A stretch of 32,000 nucleotides of DNA, taken from Methanococcus maripaludis. GTDB taxonomy: Archaea; AGJL01; Methanococci; Methanococcales; Methanococcaceae. Both the position numbers and the translations under genes were made by a program. The stretch covers positions 450,001 through 482,000 of the forward strand of contig NZ_CP026606.1 of assembly GCF_002945325.1 (NCBI RefSeq), in the 5' to 3' direction. The notes under the pieces are model-generated. The model ran no database searches. It was not told the DNA's origin and saw only the letters and a program-made list of their open reading frames with translations. Below, one piece after another: positions 1-7,859 of the stretch (the first letter of the stretch is position 1; each line of letters starts with the position of its first letter).

Positions 1-147
1 ATGGCCGATGTATGGTTGAGATTAAATGTTAACCTATTTAACGATATAAATAGGAAAGTCGAGGGTTTAAAAAGCGTTTATGTCCCAGATGAAGATTTAA
101 ATATGGACCTTTTAGAAAGGATTAATACTTCTCAAGATTCAAATTAA
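1..147 (+). CDS. 3' end of a CDS entering from outside the window (…MADVWLRLNVNLFNDINRKVEGLKSVYVPDEDLNMDLLERINTSQDSN*)
   Basis: Open frame from base 1 to TAA at 145-147 with Methanococcus-like codon use; upstream part not visible. Confidence 0.5.
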   Translation: MADVWLRLNVNLFNDINRKVEGLKSVYVPDEDLNMDLLERINTSQDSN

Positions 148-158
148 TATCATAATTA

Positions 159-1604
159 TTAATTTAATCTATTTTCCAATATTTTCAACATATATTTACA
201 GGCTTCAGCTTCATTTTCTTCAAATCTATGAATATGTAATGGATTAACTAAAGAAAACATTCTTGGATTGAAAGTTAGTTCTGATCGTATAACTTTTTCA
301 ATATATTGTTCTTCGACACGGTTAATCATTTCAATTTCTTCGTTGTTGAAATAATATCGTGCTAAACGCCTACATAATGCTGAAGAAATACGTTTAAATC
401 CCCCGAAGGTAACTTCTTCATGATCTTTCATTGCATGAAGTAATTCTTCAAATTCTTCATAGTGTCGGATATCCCTTGGTTCAAAACAGTTTTTAATATT
501 TAACCGATTAATGTCCTCAGTTAAAGGTATTACTTCGTCAACGTATTCGTTTAAAGATTTTAGAGATAATTTATCAATATTTCTTAATTCGCCTAGTTTT
601 TCCGTTAATTTTTTTATATTACTTTGGTATGAATATGGGAGATCTTTATGATCCAAAATTTTTAAAACGTTCTTCAATAAGTGTTTATCCAAAAATTCAT
701 CTAAATCCTTAATATTTTTTCTAAATAATTGGGTATAGCGTATATCTTCAATTTTTGAAAGATCTGAAATTATATTGGCTTCGCAATAACCTCTTATGAG
801 TTCACTGAAATTTGGAACATTTAATCTTGGATAAAATTCTAATTTTGATAAAATCATAAGATTATCGATACATCGTTTTAAATAAGGGTGATTATCAACA
901 ATTAGTTCAATATTTGACTTTTCGTAAGATATTCCCGGATCAGCATACTGTTTTAGATAATAAATTGTAGAATAAACAGTTATGGCCACATTATATTCAA
1001 ATAAGTGGGCGATTCGTTGCATTTGTTCAGTTGAAACTTTTTTTGATAACAATTCAATATTTTTCATTATGTTTACAGATATATTGGATATTTCAGAAAT
1101 TACCCTATTTTTTTGAATTTCTGAAAACTTTGATATTGCATCATAACTCGAATTTAAAATTTGATAATTCGAAACTATCAGTAAATCCAAATTTAAATAA
1201 AGATAAGAAAGTTCCGCTATTTGTTTTAGCGTTGAAATATATAATTTTTCAAGGTCAGTTTTCATTCCAGGATGATTAATAAGATCTTCCCTTAAATATA
1301 TATAAAATATTCCGGATTTAATGTTAGACATAGTCAATATGACATTAATTACTATTTTTTCTGAAAACTTCGTATTTGTAAGCAGATATACTACATCTGT
1401 TAAAAAATCCCCAATATACTCAATAATATCAATTAATCCCCAACTACGATAATATTGAAGCAATAAAGAAGTGCATAATGTTCCAATAAATGAAAATATA
1501 CTTTTAAATGCCATAGAATATCCAGATAAGCTTAAAATAGATATTATTTTTAAAATTCCTGATTTATACTCGTTTGAAAACTTCAATTTACACTTATCAT
1601 CCAA
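159..1604 (-). CDS. Hypothetical protein (481 aa), hydrophobic segment near N-terminus
   Basis: Long uninterrupted ORF; no family recognised. Confidence 0.8.
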   Translation of the reverse strand: MDDKCKLKFSNEYKSGILKIISILSLSGYSMAFKSIFSFIGTLCTSLLLQYYRSWGLIDIIEYIGDFLTDVVYLLTNTKFSEKIVINVILTMSNIKSGIFYIYLREDLINHPGMKTDLEKLYISTLKQIAELSYLYLNLDLLIVSNYQILNSSYDAISKFSEIQKNRVISEISNISVNIMKNIELLSKKVSTEQMQRIAHLFEYNVAITVYSTIYYLKQYADPGISYEKSNIELIVDNHPYLKRCIDNLMILSKLEFYPRLNVPNFSELIRGYCEANIISDLSKIEDIRYTQLFRKNIKDLDEFLDKHLLKNVLKILDHKDLPYSYQSNIKKLTEKLGELRNIDKLSLKSLNEYVDEVIPLTEDINRLNIKNCFEPRDIRHYEEFEELLHAMKDHEEVTFGGFKRISSALCRRLARYYFNNEEIEMINRVEEQYIEKVIRSELTFNPRMFSLVNPLHIHRFEENEAEACKYMLKILENRLN

Positions 1605-1622
1605 TAAATACCATTCTGATGA

Positions 1623-2398
1623 TTAAATGGACTTCAGGTATTCAAGATAATTAGGGTCTTGATTTTTAATTCTCGAATATTCAAAATTTAATAGATCCTG
1701 TAGGGATTCCAAAATATCCTTACAAAGTTCTCTCCGGTTTTCTTCAGGATTTGGCCCCATAAATAATGATATTTTCTTTTTTAACATAGTTAATAATTCA
1801 TTAAAGACCCATTTTGACGTTAACTTTTCGGTTACACCCGATATATAATCAATTAAAGTAAATATTGAAAAAATTAAAAGGGAAATTAAGATATAAATTC
1901 CAAATAAACCTCCCTCAGTTTCTGTTAAAAATCCTGCATTATTATGCTAAAGACTATTGACGCGGAAAAAACTGAAAAAAGCATCCAAAATTTATTATCT
2001 AAAAATATTTTAAATGTAAAAATAGAAAATCTTTCGGTTGCGATTTGAATTATAACAAAAGTTATCGAAACTATAATCCCCAATATTGCCGCCTGAGATT
2101 GTGAAATTGTACTTAGTATATACCGATAATTATCAAATGCCCCATTAAAAAAATTAAAATAAAAAACGACAGGAAACGCCAGAAATAGCGAAATTACTAC
2201 ATAAATAGGATTATTTCCTGAAACTATACTTTTTATACAATCTCCAACAGATTCTTTTGAAATATATGCATAACTACGGTGAAAAACAGTTATAAATAGT
2301 CCCAAATAAATTAAAAATGCAATACCGCCTAAAAAATGCATGTAAAAAATATTTTGGTTAGCAATCCACCCACAAACTAAATCTGATCCAATCCCCAA
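1623..2398 (-). pseudogene. Multi-TM membrane protein, apparently frameshifted near 1940-1960
   Basis: ORF 1925-2398 (157 aa, hydrophobic) stops after ...SIIMQDF; a -1 shifted frame immediately continues as NNAGFLTETEGGLFGIYILISLLIFSIFTLIDYISGVTEKLTSKW...EYLKSI* ending at TAA (1623-1625). Confidence 0.55.
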
Positions 2399-2586
2399 AT
2401 TATCATCTTTTTTAAAAGTATTAAGTTGAGGTTGAATAATAAATTTTCTATTTTAAAATCAAACGTCCCGATATCTACAAAATAGCAGTTCGTAAAAACA
2501 GTACGGGACTAAATCCTGTAATGTAACTTATCTTAAAAAACCATAAAAAAGCTTTATTTCACTAAAATTTCGCAGATTTAAAAAAA

Positions 2587-2640
2587 CGCGGAGACCGAGA
2601 TTTGAACTCGGGTTACTCAGAGAGTAACGGGATTAGCAGA
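2587..2640 (-). tRNA. Partial tRNA-Ser(GCT)-like 3' fragment (anticodon loop, long variable arm, T arm, acceptor 3' strand)
   Basis: Minus strand reads TCTGCTAATCCCG TTACTCTCTGAGTAA CCCGAGTTCAAATCTCGG TCTCCGC G: loop CTGCTAA, variable-arm hairpin TTACTC/GAGTAA, T-stem CCGAG/CTCGG around TTCAAAT. No D-arm or 5' acceptor strand upstream, so it is a truncated copy. Confidence 0.75.
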
Positions 2641-2693
2641 CCGAAAAATTTTTTAAAATTTTCTAAGTCTTTGGAGAATTCTTTAATAGCTCA

Positions 2694-2849
2694 ATGGCCC
2701 CTCATGATGTCTTGATAGCATGGTCCGCCAGAGTACTTGAAGGTCCATTTGACCAGTACTCTGACCATATTGTCGAGGCAATTTTAGCTATAATCTTGAG
2801 TTATAGGATTCTACCATCTACTTTGAAAATAAGAAGAAATGTTTTATAA
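2694..2849 (+). CDS. Possible 51-aa ORF MAPHDVLIAWSARVLEGPFDQYSDHIVEAILAIILSYRILPSTLKIRRNVL
   Basis: ATG...TAA; no clear RBS; overlaps the hairpin. Could be a gene remnant. Confidence 0.2.
   Translation: MAPHDVLIAWSARVLEGPFDQYSDHIVEAILAIILSYRILPSTLKIRRNVL
2720..2768. repeat. Imperfect inverted repeat / hairpin ATGGTC-cgcc-AGAGTACT-tgaa-GGTC-cattt-GACC-AGTACTCT-GACCAT
   Basis: Three stem blocks of 6, 8 and 4 bp with two 4-nt bulges on one side, read directly from sequence. Confidence 0.7.
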
Positions 2850-3033
2850 TCGACGAAAAAACGGCTTTTAAATTTAGAAATAATACATAAATTATAGTTG
2901 TTAAAGAAAATTGGCCTTTGTTTAACAATTCTAAGCGCTTAACCTGCGTTATTAAAATTTTTTAATAGTGGACCATTACTCAACTATCAAAATCTATCAA
3001 AATGTAAAGAATTGATAGATTCTGTTTTTTAAA

Positions 3034-3124
3034 AGTTCTAAAAACCTCTATTTTAATTAAATTTTAAATTAAAACGTTAAAAAGAGAGTTTTGAATAGTT
3101 AAAATTCGTCAACATTGATTTTTT
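3034..3124. repeat. Direct repeat P1: copy of the 3' end and downstream flank of the 137-aa gene at 4024-4437
   Basis: aaaaagagagttttgaatagttaaaattcgtcaacattgatttt matches gtaaaaagagagtttttgataattaaaattcgtcaacattgatttt at about 4002-4047; similarity extends left into the AT-rich flank. Confidence 0.7.
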
Positions 3125-3188
3125 CTATTTTTGAAATTTAAAAAACTCAATAGTTATTTATACAATCTTGTAAATAATAGTTATCAAC

Positions 3189-3479
3189 TTGTATCAAATG
3201 GTGATAAATATGGCAGTAAGTGAATCAAAATTACAACACTCGCCAACCCTAAATACAATTCTTATGGTTGAAGAAACATTGAAAGATGCAGACAGTATCA
3301 TAACAATTCCAGAATTGAAGAAAAAACTTCCAAAAAAAGTGAATCACAACACTTTAAAAGTAATTTTAGAATATTTGGAAGAAAGTAACAAAATTGCAGT
3401 ATCTTTAAAAGGAATTACCTGGATATTCAATACAAATGTGAATTTAAAAAACGTAGTACATAATGGGCTTGAACTATGA
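3189..3479 (+). CDS. Probable antitoxin / wHTH-like protein of a type II TA pair
   Basis: Small ORF with helix-turn-helix-like pattern (TIPELKKKLPKKVNHNTLKVILEYLEESNKIAVSLKGITWIF); 4-nt ATGA overlap with the downstream toxin-like ORF. Confidence 0.65.
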   Translation: MYQMVINMAVSESKLQHSPTLNTILMVEETLKDADSIITIPELKKKLPKKVNHNTLKVILEYLEESNKIAVSLKGITWIFNTNVNLKNVVHNGLEL

Positions 3480-3823
3480 AGGATGTAAGAGTAGTTCTTT
3501 CTCCAAATGCTGCTGAAATATATACCAAATTAAAAGAAAGCGATGAAAAACTTGACAAATCGATACTTAACTCATTTTTAGAAAAAGTTGAAATTTTAAA
3601 AACCAACGTTCATTATGGAGATCCTGTTTCTAAAAAGTTAATTCCAAAGGAATACGTTAAAACTTACGAAATTAAAAATTTATTTCGATTCGAATTACCT
3701 CAATTTTTCAGGGTTACGTATACAATTACAAATGGAACGACGGGAATTGAAATTATTGTTTTGGTATTGGATATTATGGACCACAAAACATACAACAAGA
3801 AATTCGGCTATAAAAATCGGTAA
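3476..3823 (+). CDS. RelE/ParE-superfamily-like toxin
   Basis: 115 aa basic protein: VRVVLSPNAAEIYTKL...VHYGDPVSKKLIPKEYVKTYEIKNLFRFELPQFFRVTYTI...IIVLVLDIMDHKTYNKKFGYK resembles RelE-fold toxins; coupled to 3189-3479. Confidence 0.65.
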   Translation: MKDVRVVLSPNAAEIYTKLKESDEKLDKSILNSFLEKVEILKTNVHYGDPVSKKLIPKEYVKTYEIKNLFRFELPQFFRVTYTITNGTTGIEIIVLVLDIMDHKTYNKKFGYKNR

Positions 3824-3949
3824 TTTTTGATTATAGTAAAATTTTGATGCATTACAATTAAATTATCTTTTTTAATTCTTTGAAAATTAAAGAATAATTA
3901 TCGACTATCCACATCTGTTGTAAAACAGGTCCCTTGACTTTTGAATTTT

Positions 3950-4050
3950 CAAAAAAAGGATTTTAAAAACTTTTATTTTACTTAAATTTTAAAATAAAAC
4001 TGTAAAAAGAGAGTTTTTGATAATTAAAATTCGTCAACATTGATTTTGTA
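3950..4050. repeat. Direct repeat P2: the intact 3' end of the 137-aa gene plus flank (partner of P1)
   Basis: See P1; the TA module lies between P1 and P2. Confidence 0.7.
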
Positions 4051-4437
4051 GAATAAATCAGCATCTTTTACATAATATAATTCGTTTCCTTTTTTTATTT
4101 CTTCGATTACTTTATCTTCTGGGACAATGTATCCAACTAAGAACTGATCTATTGTTAAATTACCTTCTGACATGATTTCAGTGGTTTTTGTTGAAAGGTC
4201 TGGCAGTTTAATTTTTTGCAATTTGTGAACTGATAACCTGTCATCTTCAACCAGTTCGACCCATTCGATTTTTTTAACAACGTTTGAGAATGAATCTGGA
4301 TTAGCGTAGTTTTTATAGTCTTCAAATGCTTCAAAACCTTCTAAAGACATTTTATAAAGTGTCGATTTTAAAATATCGCTTAATTCTTCGTGACTTTTTA
4401 GATTTCTTAAAACTTTTTCTTCTATTTCTCCTGACAT
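4024..4437 (-). CDS. Conserved hypothetical 137-aa protein, copy 1
   Basis: MSGEIEEKVLRNLKSHEELSDILKSTL...; differs from 20999-21412 by only two residues by eye (G3A, K115S). Confidence 0.85.
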   Translation of the reverse strand: MSGEIEEKVLRNLKSHEELSDILKSTLYKMSLEGFEAFEDYKNYANPDSFSNVVKKIEWVELVEDDRLSVHKLQKIKLPDLSTKTTEIMSEGNLTIDQFLVGYIVPEDKVIEEIKKGNELYYVKDADLFYKINVDEF

Positions 4438-4450
4438 TTGTTTTCACCTT

Positions 4451-4591
4451 ATTTGTAGTTAGATAAATAGTTTGCAATTCTACAAATAAAGTATGCCTAT
4501 TTTTCTATAAATAGTTTGCTATTTTACAAACTTTTTATAATTGACAAAATATTATTTAATATATAAACAATTTAAGAAAATACAACTACAA
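4451..4591. promoter_or_regulatory. Divergent promoter with repeated operator-like sites between 137-aa gene and wHTH gene
   Basis: ataaatagtttgcaattctacaaa (4463-4486) and ataaatagtttgctattttacaaa (4507-4530), 22/24 identical; also atttgtagtt / aactacaaac near each end. Confidence 0.5.
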
Positions 4592-4608
4592 ACTAAAACA
4601 GTGATTAG

Positions 4609-4878
4609 ATGGTTTTGAAACTGTTATCTAAACGAAATGTGGATAGAATTTTAAAATTATTATCTGAACATGACGAAATGTATTTTGGGCAGATAAAAAC
4701 GGAAATTGAAATAAATCAAAGTAATTTAAGCCAATTGTTAACTGAACTCGTTGAAAATGGATATTTAGAAAAAAGAATCGGGGAAAGTCAAACAAACATT
4801 TCTAAAAGCTATTTTAAATTGACTGGAAAAGGAAAAAGAGCTTTAAAAATTTATGAAATTGCTGAGGAATTAAAATAA
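4609..4878 (+). CDS. wHTH transcriptional regulator (ArsR/MarR-like)
   Basis: IDRILKLLSEHDEMYFGQIKTEIEINQSNLSQLLTELVENGYLEKRIG...SYFKLTGKGKRALKIYE is a typical winged-helix pattern. Confidence 0.75.
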   Translation: MVLKLLSKRNVDRILKLLSEHDEMYFGQIKTEIEINQSNLSQLLTELVENGYLEKRIGESQTNISKSYFKLTGKGKRALKIYEIAEELK

Positions 4879-4956
4879 GTTAATTAAATTTAAAACAGCC
4901 TTTTTTAAAATTTTAAAAGTAGAGATATTAACATGGATTTAAATATTACTCAGAAA

Positions 4957-5922
4957 CTATTCCACAATTATCTTCAAATCTTTTTTATGAGTTACATCTT
5001 CAAATTTTATGTCGGCAGATAACCTCAGTACGTTTGAACAGTCTTTTGGGTCTTTGTATTCGTGTTTTAAATTAAATTCCAATATTCTTGATTTTTTAGC
5101 CCCGATAACATATTCTTTTATATTTTTTAGTTCAAAATAATCATTTAAACAGAAACTTTCCTTAAACTCACGGCTTCCATACTTCAACGTAACATTGTTT
5201 GGTATTTTAATTTTAAAATCTTTCACAGATATAGGTTCTGACCCATCATTGTCTATGAATATAACTACAGAATAAGAATACTCATCAGAAATACGAATCA
5301 GATCTTTTGGGTCAATATCAACATTAATCATACCTGCAGATCGAAATCTCAGCTGTTCTACGTATGAATTTTTTCCCATTATCATAAAACATACCCCAAA
5401 AAGCACAATGTATATCCAAATTCGTAACTTTATCCAGATGAATTCGAGGTGATTGTATACATATAAATCCCAAATAGTTAAATTTAAAAAATCTGTCTTT
5501 AATTTTTGTGTAGGCAATATTTCCATTATGTAATAAAATATTTCCCAAGATCCTGTATATACTTTTAGGGATAACCATATAAATAATGAAAATAAGGCCA
5601 TTATTCCAGCAAATGTCATCATTGAAGTTATCGCTGAAAAAAGTAATATTTTTAAATCTTCCCTTTTTGGATTTACGTTTTTTTCGACCGAATTTATAGA
5701 AATATGCCTCACTTTATTATTATTATTATTTAATATTGATTCATCCCTAATATCTTGATTTAAAATTAGTACGTAAAAAATCGTAAAAATAAAGACCAAT
5801 AAACCTGTAAAACATAATACTTCATACTCCAAGCTAAAGTCAGTTAAATAATTTATCGAAACAATTCCAATTATTAGGAGTACTATGTTAGTTACGTGCT
5901 GGCCATATTCTACAGGTTTCAT
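4957..5922 (-). CDS. Membrane protein (321 aa), about 4 TM segments plus soluble C-terminal domain
   Basis: Long ORF, hydrophobic N-terminal half; starts 10 nt after the stop of the 5933-7243 ORF on the same strand. Confidence 0.75.
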   Translation of the reverse strand: MKPVEYGQHVTNIVLLIIGIVSINYLTDFSLEYEVLCFTGLLVFIFTIFYVLILNQDIRDESILNNNNNKVRHISINSVEKNVNPKREDLKILLFSAITSMMTFAGIMALFSLFIWLSLKVYTGSWEIFYYIMEILPTQKLKTDFLNLTIWDLYVYNHLEFIWIKLRIWIYIVLFGVCFMIMGKNSYVEQLRFRSAGMINVDIDPKDLIRISDEYSYSVVIFIDNDGSEPISVKDFKIKIPNNVTLKYGSREFKESFCLNDYFELKNIKEYVIGAKKSRILEFNLKHEYKDPKDCSNVLRLSADIKFEDVTHKKDLKIIVE

Positions 5923-5932
5923 AATTTATCGC

Positions 5933-7243
5933 CTATTGTAGAAATATCCTTTCATATGGCCAAAGGAAAGCATCGTGTGCGTCTTTCAAAAGGTGCCTAT
6001 CTTTATAATTTTCAACCCCTTTAGTTATCTTTAAGCTAACATGAGTTGGCGATATAGTTCCATCACTTTTCCCATGTTTCAAAGAATATTCAATATTTGA
6101 TCCACGATAATATAAATTACCTTTTATACCCACCAATATTCCAGAAACTTCACTGAATTCCTTAAGTAATTTTTCATCATAAACATCTTTCTGGATACAA
6201 CCAATATTTAATTTATCAAATTTTTCGGTCCATTCATAACGTTGTTTTAATTCCTTACCCATAATTCGAGTTCGGATATATCTAGTATTTATCTCATATC
6301 CTTTGACCACCACAGACCTGTTTATCTCATTGATGGCCTTTTGAAAATCATCGTGAAGTAATGTATCCTCAATTTTAGCAATACTATTATCAAAGTTGTA
6401 TTCACCATTGCTTTCAGGTTTCAATCCCATTAATTCAAAATATTTTTGCTGATCCTCGAAATCATATCCTTTAAATCTCTTTAAAAATTTGCTATACCCG
6501 TCCAATGTTTTAAATTTATTTAAATTCTCTTTAAAAGGTTCCGATTTACTCATCTCCTGTTCATTCACGTACTGTGCATAATTTACTGTAAAAATTACCC
6601 TAACATCATTAACAAATTTTTGAAATTTTATACGGGAATTTATCGCATAATCCATATCCATCTCTGTATCATCTTCCACCCCCTTAGTTTCGAGGTATAA
6701 ACTATTTTGTAAGATTGGCTTAATTTTTTTAAGCATTGAGGGCTGCGTATCTTCAACATATACCCTCTTTTTGCTTTTATCTATTCTCACATTGATTTTA
6801 TTTGACCGTTTATAAAATGGAGGATGCTCCCCTTCACTGTAAATATCCAATTTAGCTTTTATGTATTTATAACTGAACCTTAATGGATTTTTTTCCAATA
6901 TCTGGAAATTTTCAGCTTCCGTTAAAATCTTTTCCAAATTTTCAAAATCAACATTTTCATTAGCAATTTTTAGAATATAACCTCCGAGGGGTTTTCCCAA
7001 ATATTTTATATCTCTAAGGGAATCCATTACTACTTTTTTTACTAATTCTCCATTTTTATGAGTTAAAATACTAACTGCAATTTTATCTATTGTTTTTGCC
7101 CCTTTTGAAGGAGTATATTTAAAACCATAAAGGTCTTTATGAATCGTATCTACAGTGGGTAACTTAAGGTTGGATAATGCATCATATAGTGCTTCCCATT
7201 CATCATTAGTCAATCCATTCTTATTTTTAGAATCTGGCAACAT
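5933..7243 (-). CDS. Hypothetical protein (436 aa)
   Basis: Long ORF; appears co-transcribed with 4957-5922. Confidence 0.8.
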   Translation of the reverse strand: MLPDSKNKNGLTNDEWEALYDALSNLKLPTVDTIHKDLYGFKYTPSKGAKTIDKIAVSILTHKNGELVKKVVMDSLRDIKYLGKPLGGYILKIANENVDFENLEKILTEAENFQILEKNPLRFSYKYIKAKLDIYSEGEHPPFYKRSNKINVRIDKSKKRVYVEDTQPSMLKKIKPILQNSLYLETKGVEDDTEMDMDYAINSRIKFQKFVNDVRVIFTVNYAQYVNEQEMSKSEPFKENLNKFKTLDGYSKFLKRFKGYDFEDQQKYFELMGLKPESNGEYNFDNSIAKIEDTLLHDDFQKAINEINRSVVVKGYEINTRYIRTRIMGKELKQRYEWTEKFDKLNIGCIQKDVYDEKLLKEFSEVSGILVGIKGNLYYRGSNIEYSLKHGKSDGTISPTHVSLKITKGVENYKDRHLLKDAHDAFLWPYERIFLQ

Positions 7244-7484
7244 ATCCCCCTAAATATATTTTTTAAATTATTGACCCGAATAACATAATTAATTTTCTTA
7301 ATTACCTCAAAATAATATAACTTTTACTATATAATTTACCCACATACTACTCATTTAAATAGAAATTTTGCAGTTATATCAATTTAAATCACTGGATTAA
7401 CCATAATAATTATTTTTTAAAATAAAGTTTTCTTTCATAAATTTCATCTTCAACTTTTTTTCCAGTACTAATCACAAAAATTGT

Positions 7485-7625
7485 GGTAACCTGGTAACCG
7501 CAAAATCAAAACGTACAATTAACCCGTATTTTTAAAAAATAACTTCTGTATCTTCTTAAAAAAGGTTACCAAAAAGTTACCATTTGGTTACCAAACATGG
7601 TAACTTTTGAGAAAAAATGGTAACC
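7485..7625. repeat. Array of seven GGTNACC-type palindromic 7-mers; candidate origin iterons or operator cluster
   Basis: GGTAACC 7485, 7493; GGTTACC 7564; AGTTACC 7575; GGTTACC 7586; GGTAACT 7599; GGTAACC 7619. Includes a 37-bp nested palindrome 7572-7608 AAAAGTTACCAT-TTGGTTACCAAAC-ATGGTAACTTTT. Confidence 0.75.
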
Positions 7626-7859
7626 AAAATTAAAAATATTATTTTATCAATTTAAATTTTGAAAAATATTCAAATTTATTAAATTAAACTTTACATATTT
7701 CTTGCAAAAATAGTATTGAAATTAAGGACCAGCTGCAAAAGTTACAGCTCAAACTTGGATTTCTAAAAAACTTTGAAAAATAAGATATATTCCTTAAAAA
7801 AGTATTGAAAATCTTTAAAAATTAGTAATATTTTGATAGCTAACGCTATACCTTTCAAT

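Noticed and set aside
2464-2509. GTCCCG ... CGGGAC inverted repeat near the tRNA fragment
   Set aside because: Only 6-bp arms with a long loop; insufficient to call a structure.
7485-7625. CRISPR array interpretation of the repeated GGTNACC sites
   Set aside because: Repeat unit is only 7 bp with short irregular spacing and no cas genes; not a CRISPR. No CRISPR array was seen elsewhere in the window.
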